NCBI RefSeq assembly: GCF_000039765.1
Contig: NC_004459.3
Span: 1,500,001 to 1,532,000 of the forward strand
DNA length: 32,000 nt
Reading direction: 5' to 3'
Source: Vibrio vulnificus CMCP6
GTDB taxonomy: Bacteria > Pseudomonadota > Gammaproteobacteria > Enterobacterales > Vibrionaceae
Shown here: piece by piece, positions 28,909 to 32,000 of the stretch
Layout of the letters: each line of letters starts with the position of its first letter
How positions within the stretch are numbered: position 1 is the stretch's first letter
Program-made: the position numbers and the translations under genes
The notes under the pieces: generated by a model
What the model saw: only the letters and a program-made list of their open reading frames with translations
What the model was told of the DNA's origin: nothing
The model's database searches: none

Positions 28909-30516
28909 TTACTCTTCTGGGCGCAAAATCGTCGGGCCACTGTTTTCAAGTTGCTCAGGGTAATCGAGTGTGTAGTGTAAACCGCGGCTCTCTTTCCTTT
29001 GCATCGCACAACGAACCATCAGCTCTGCGACTTGCAGTAAGTTACGCAGCTCCAATAAGTTATTGGATACGCGGAAGTTACTGTAGTATTCATGCGTCTC
29101 TTGTTGCAACATTTGAATGCGACGCAGTGCACGCTCAAGGCGCTTGTCAGTGCGTACAATACCCATGTAATCCCACATAAACAGTCGCAGCTCATGCCAG
29201 TTGTGTTGGATGATCACTTCTTCATCACTGCAGGTCACTTGGCTTTCGTCCCAGCTTGGTAAGCTGGACGCTAAGTCGACTTGTTTGTGTTTTTTCAAAA
29301 TGTCTTTTGCTGCCGCCCATGCATAAACCACACACTCCAACAAGGAATTTGAAGCCATACGGTTTGCTCCGTGTAGGCCAGTGTAGCTCACTTCGCCGAT
29401 GGCATAGAGATTGTGCAAATCTGTTTGCCCATTGGTATCGACCATCACACCGCCACAGGTGTAATGTGCGGCCGGAACGATGGGGATCGGCTCTTTGGTC
29501 ATATCAATGCCCAAATCCATCAGACGTGAGTGGATCATTGGGAAGTGTTTGGTAATGAACTCAGCGGGTTTGTGGCTGATATCAAGGTACATGCAGTCAG
29601 CGCCAAGACGTTTCATTTCGAAGTCAATTGCTCGTGCCACGACATCACGAGGAGCCAGCTCTTCACGCGGGTCAAAATCGGGCATGAAGCGTGAACCATC
29701 CGGACGACGTAAATAGGCGCCTTCACCACGTAATGCTTCTGTCAGGAGGAAGTTGCGAGCTTCTGGGTGGTATAAACAGGTTGGGTGGAATTGGTTAAAT
29801 TCCATATTGGCCACGCGACATCCTGCGCGCCAAGCAATCGCAATACCATCACCAGAAGAAACATCTGGGTTGGAGGTGTACTGATAAACTTTTGATGCGC
29901 CACCGGTCGCGAGCACGACAAACTTCGCCTTAACGGTTTCCACATGCTCTTGATTTCGGTTCCAGACGTACGCGCCGATCACTTTATTTTTATCGCCGCC
30001 AATTTTGTCTTCGGTGATCAAGTCGAGGGCATTATGACGCTCTAAAACATGAATATTAGGATGGTTGTGAGCATTGTCTTGCAGCGAGGTTTGCATCGCC
30101 ATGCCTGTGGCATCGGCTGCGTGCAAAATACGGCGATGGCTATGGCCGCCTTCGCGGGTTAAGTGATAACGCGGTTCGTCATCAGAGTCGTCCTCTTCAC
30201 GATCAAAGGGCACACCGCCATCAATTAACCATTGCACACACTCTTTGGCGTTTTCAGCGATGAACTTCACCGTTGCTTCTTCACAGATGCCGTCTCCGGC
30301 GATCAGAGTGTCTTGAACGTGTGACTCAATACTGTCTGATTCATCGAATACCGCAGCGATACCACCTTGAGCATAGTAGGTTGCTCCCTCGCTACGAGGT
30401 CCTTTACTTAACACGATAACTTTGCAGTGATTGGCGACGCGCAAGGCCAACGACAAGCCAGCAGCTCCGCTGCCCACCACTAACACATCACATTCATGTT
30501 CACGGTTTGCGTTCAT
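28909..30516 (-). CDS. nadB: L-aspartate oxidase
   Basis: [20 protein letters not shown]; [30 protein letters not shown]; [22 protein letters not shown]. Start chosen at MNANREHE. Confidence 0.96.
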   Translation of the reverse strand: MNANREHECDVLVVGSGAAGLSLALRVANHCKVIVLSKGPRSEGATYYAQGGIAAVFDESDSIESHVQDTLIAGDGICEEATVKFIAENAKECVQWLIDGGVPFDREEDDSDDEPRYHLTREGGHSHRRILHAADATGMAMQTSLQDNAHNHPNIHVLERHNALDLITEDKIGGDKNKVIGAYVWNRNQEHVETVKAKFVVLATGGASKVYQYTSNPDVSSGDGIAIAWRAGCRVANMEFNQFHPTCLYHPEARNFLLTEALRGEGAYLRRPDGSRFMPDFDPREELAPRDVVARAIDFEMKRLGADCMYLDISHKPAEFITKHFPMIHSRLMDLGIDMTKEPIPIVPAAHYTCGGVMVDTNGQTDLHNLYAIGEVSYTGLHGANRMASNSLLECVVYAWAAAKDILKKHKQVDLASSLPSWDESQVTCSDEEVIIQHNWHELRLFMWDYMGIVRTDKRLERALRRIQMLQQETHEYYSNFRVSNNLLELRNLLQVAELMVRCAMQRKESRGLHYTLDYPEQLENSGPTILRPEE

Positions 30517-30739
30517 AAAATTTTCAAAATCCCGGTCTAAAGTGAATGAGTTCACTTTGTATAAATCCGCACATCATGTGCTTCCAGTACACGCAAAAAC
30601 GCCGATTTACATCGGCTAGAAAGGCAATCTGAGATTAATGCCATTGCTTTTCTCACTCCATCCCTCCAAAATCAGCGACAGAGAGTGTTTATTACATCAC
30701 ATTGCGCCTCAATAATTGACAAAAAATTTCACTTAAGTG

Positions 30740-30768
30740 GGAACTTTCTTGATTGGCGCGAGTCACAA
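30740..30768 (+). promoter_or_regulatory. Putative sigma-E-dependent promoter upstream of rpoE
   Basis: GGAACTT (30740-30746), 16-nt spacer, TCACAA (30763-30768); matches the GGAACTT/TCAnA-type extracytoplasmic sigma consensus. Confidence 0.6.
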
Positions 30769-30866
30769 TAGTGCTCAAGTAAGCAGTGGTGTCAATACTA
30801 CATTTTGCATAATTATTGCCCATATCTGAGATATGTGGAGCATAACGAATAGGAGTATCCGCTCGA

Positions 30867-31445
30867 ATGAACGAGCAGTTGACCGATCAAGTATTGATTG
30901 AGCGAGTTCAGAGTGGCGATAAGCAAGCATTCAATCTTTTGGTGGTGAAGTACCAAAACAAAGTCTGCAATCTTATTTCCCGATACGTTAGTAATCCTGG
31001 TGATGTCCCTGATGTAGCGCAGGAGGCTTTTATTAAAGCTTACCGAGCTATTCCAAGTTTTCGTGGCGAAAGTGCCTTCTATACTTGGTTGTATCGCATC
31101 GCAGTGAATACGGCGAAAAACCACATTGTTGCCCAGAGCCGTAGGCCACCCGCCAGTGATGTGGATGCTGATGAAGCTGAATTATATGAGACAGGTAACG
31201 CTTTGAAAGAAATTTCGAACCCTGAGAACCTCACGTTGTCCAATGAGTTGAAGCAAGTGGTTTTTAGTGCGATCAATGCGTTACCAGAAGATTTAAAAAC
31301 AGCAATGACTCTACGAGAGCTTGATGGCTTGAGCTATGAGGAAATTGCAGAAGTAATGGATTGCCCTGTAGGAACGGTACGTTCGCGTATCTTCCGTGCT
31401 CGTGAGGCGGTGGAAAAGAAAATTCAACCTCTTTTGCAACGCTAG
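30867..31445 (+). CDS. rpoE: RNA polymerase sigma factor RpoE (sigma-24)
   Basis: MNEQLTDQVLIERVQSGDKQAFNLLVVKYQNKVCNLISRY; GLSYEEIAEVMDCPVGTVRSRIFRAREAV. Confidence 0.97.
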   Translation: MNEQLTDQVLIERVQSGDKQAFNLLVVKYQNKVCNLISRYVSNPGDVPDVAQEAFIKAYRAIPSFRGESAFYTWLYRIAVNTAKNHIVAQSRRPPASDVDADEAELYETGNALKEISNPENLTLSNELKQVVFSAINALPEDLKTAMTLRELDGLSYEEIAEVMDCPVGTVRSRIFRAREAVEKKIQPLLQR

Positions 31446-31472
31446 TACCAGTAACAACAATGGTGAATTAGA

Positions 31473-32000
31473 ATGGCTGACAAAGAAAAGCTTTCGGCGC
31501 TCATGGATGGCGAAATTGTCGATAAGGCTTTGATCAAAGAGATCGCTCAAGACGATGACGTTTTGGCCTCTTGGCGCAATTACCACTTAATCGGTGATGT
31601 TATGCGTGGTGAAGCACCACAACAGCCCGAGTGGAATATTGCTGAAAGTGTCGCACTAGCGTTGGAAAACGAACCCGCGCACAGTTTACATCAGCAAAAA
31701 GTCATTGAGCTTACTCAGATGCCTCCAGAGTCACAACCTTTGCCACAACAGGCAAGAAGGCAGTTACCAACGTGGTTGTCTCAGTTTGGCCAAGTCGCGG
31801 TTGCGGCGTGTGTGTCCCTTGCGGTCATCCTTGGCGTGCAACAATACGGTGGCAGTGATCCCGCGGCGCCTCAAGCGGATCAATTACCTGTGTTGCAGAC
31901 AATTCCGTTTGCCGGCAGTGCTGAGCCAGTGAGTTTGACGCGTGAATCGGTCGAAAAATCGATGAGCGAATCGTCAATTCAAGAGCAGCGTAAACGCGTT
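31473..32000 (+). CDS. rseA: Anti-sigma-E factor RseA, truncated at the window edge
   Basis: MADKEKLSALMDGEIVDKALIKEIAQDDDVLASWRNYHLIGDVMRGE; hydrophobic segment VAVAACVSLAVILGV; directly after rpoE. Confidence 0.92.
   Translation, partial: MADKEKLSALMDGEIVDKALIKEIAQDDDVLASWRNYHLIGDVMRGEAPQQPEWNIAESVALALENEPAHSLHQQKVIELTQMPPESQPLPQQARRQLPTWLSQFGQVAVAACVSLAVILGVQQYGGSDPAAPQADQLPVLQTIPFAGSAEPVSLTRESVEKSMSESSIQEQRKRV

Noticed and set aside
1-32000. Search for defence systems, CRISPR arrays, integrases, transposases, retrons or prophage genes
   Set aside because: No direct-repeat arrays, no recombinase or transposase motifs, and no reverse transcriptase motifs (xxDD) were seen. Nearly all coding space is accounted for by housekeeping genes.

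Overview
This window reads as conserved Vibrio-like gammaproteobacterial core chromosome. The assignment rests on recognisable protein families and on gene order close to the E. coli sprT-endA-rsmE-gshB-yqgE-yqgF block. The order is: pilU (5' truncated) | ruvX/yqgF, yqgE, gshB, rsmE (-) | a putative HExxH metallopeptidase lipoprotein (+) | endA, sprT, a DUF2189-like membrane protein, metK (-) | tkt (+) | a small CxxC zinc-ribbon protein (-) | epd, pgk, fbaA, mscS-like (+) | argO (-) | argP, SIMPL-domain gene (+) | serA, rpiA, ygfA, 6S RNA, zapA (-) | ygfB, ubiH, ubiI (+) | a 68-aa small protein (-) | ygfZ with an overlapping YbaK/EbsC-domain gene (-) | sdhE, ygfX (+) | nadB (-) | rpoE, rseA (+, 3' truncated). 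I see no CRISPR array, transposase, integrase, prophage, rRNA or tRNA. I found no convincing new multi-gene system. The items most worth a second look are (1) the HExxH lipoprotein between rsmE and endA, (2) an ORF-poor interval at about 25.96-26.55 kb with a strong minus-strand terminator that may mark a small RNA, (3) the uncharacterised CxxC protein beside tkt, (4) the 68-aa ORF beside ubiI, and (5) clear regulatory signatures: MetJ-like boxes upstream of metK, a sigma-E-type promoter upstream of rpoE, and 6S RNA directly upstream of ygfA. All calls were made by eye, with no database search.
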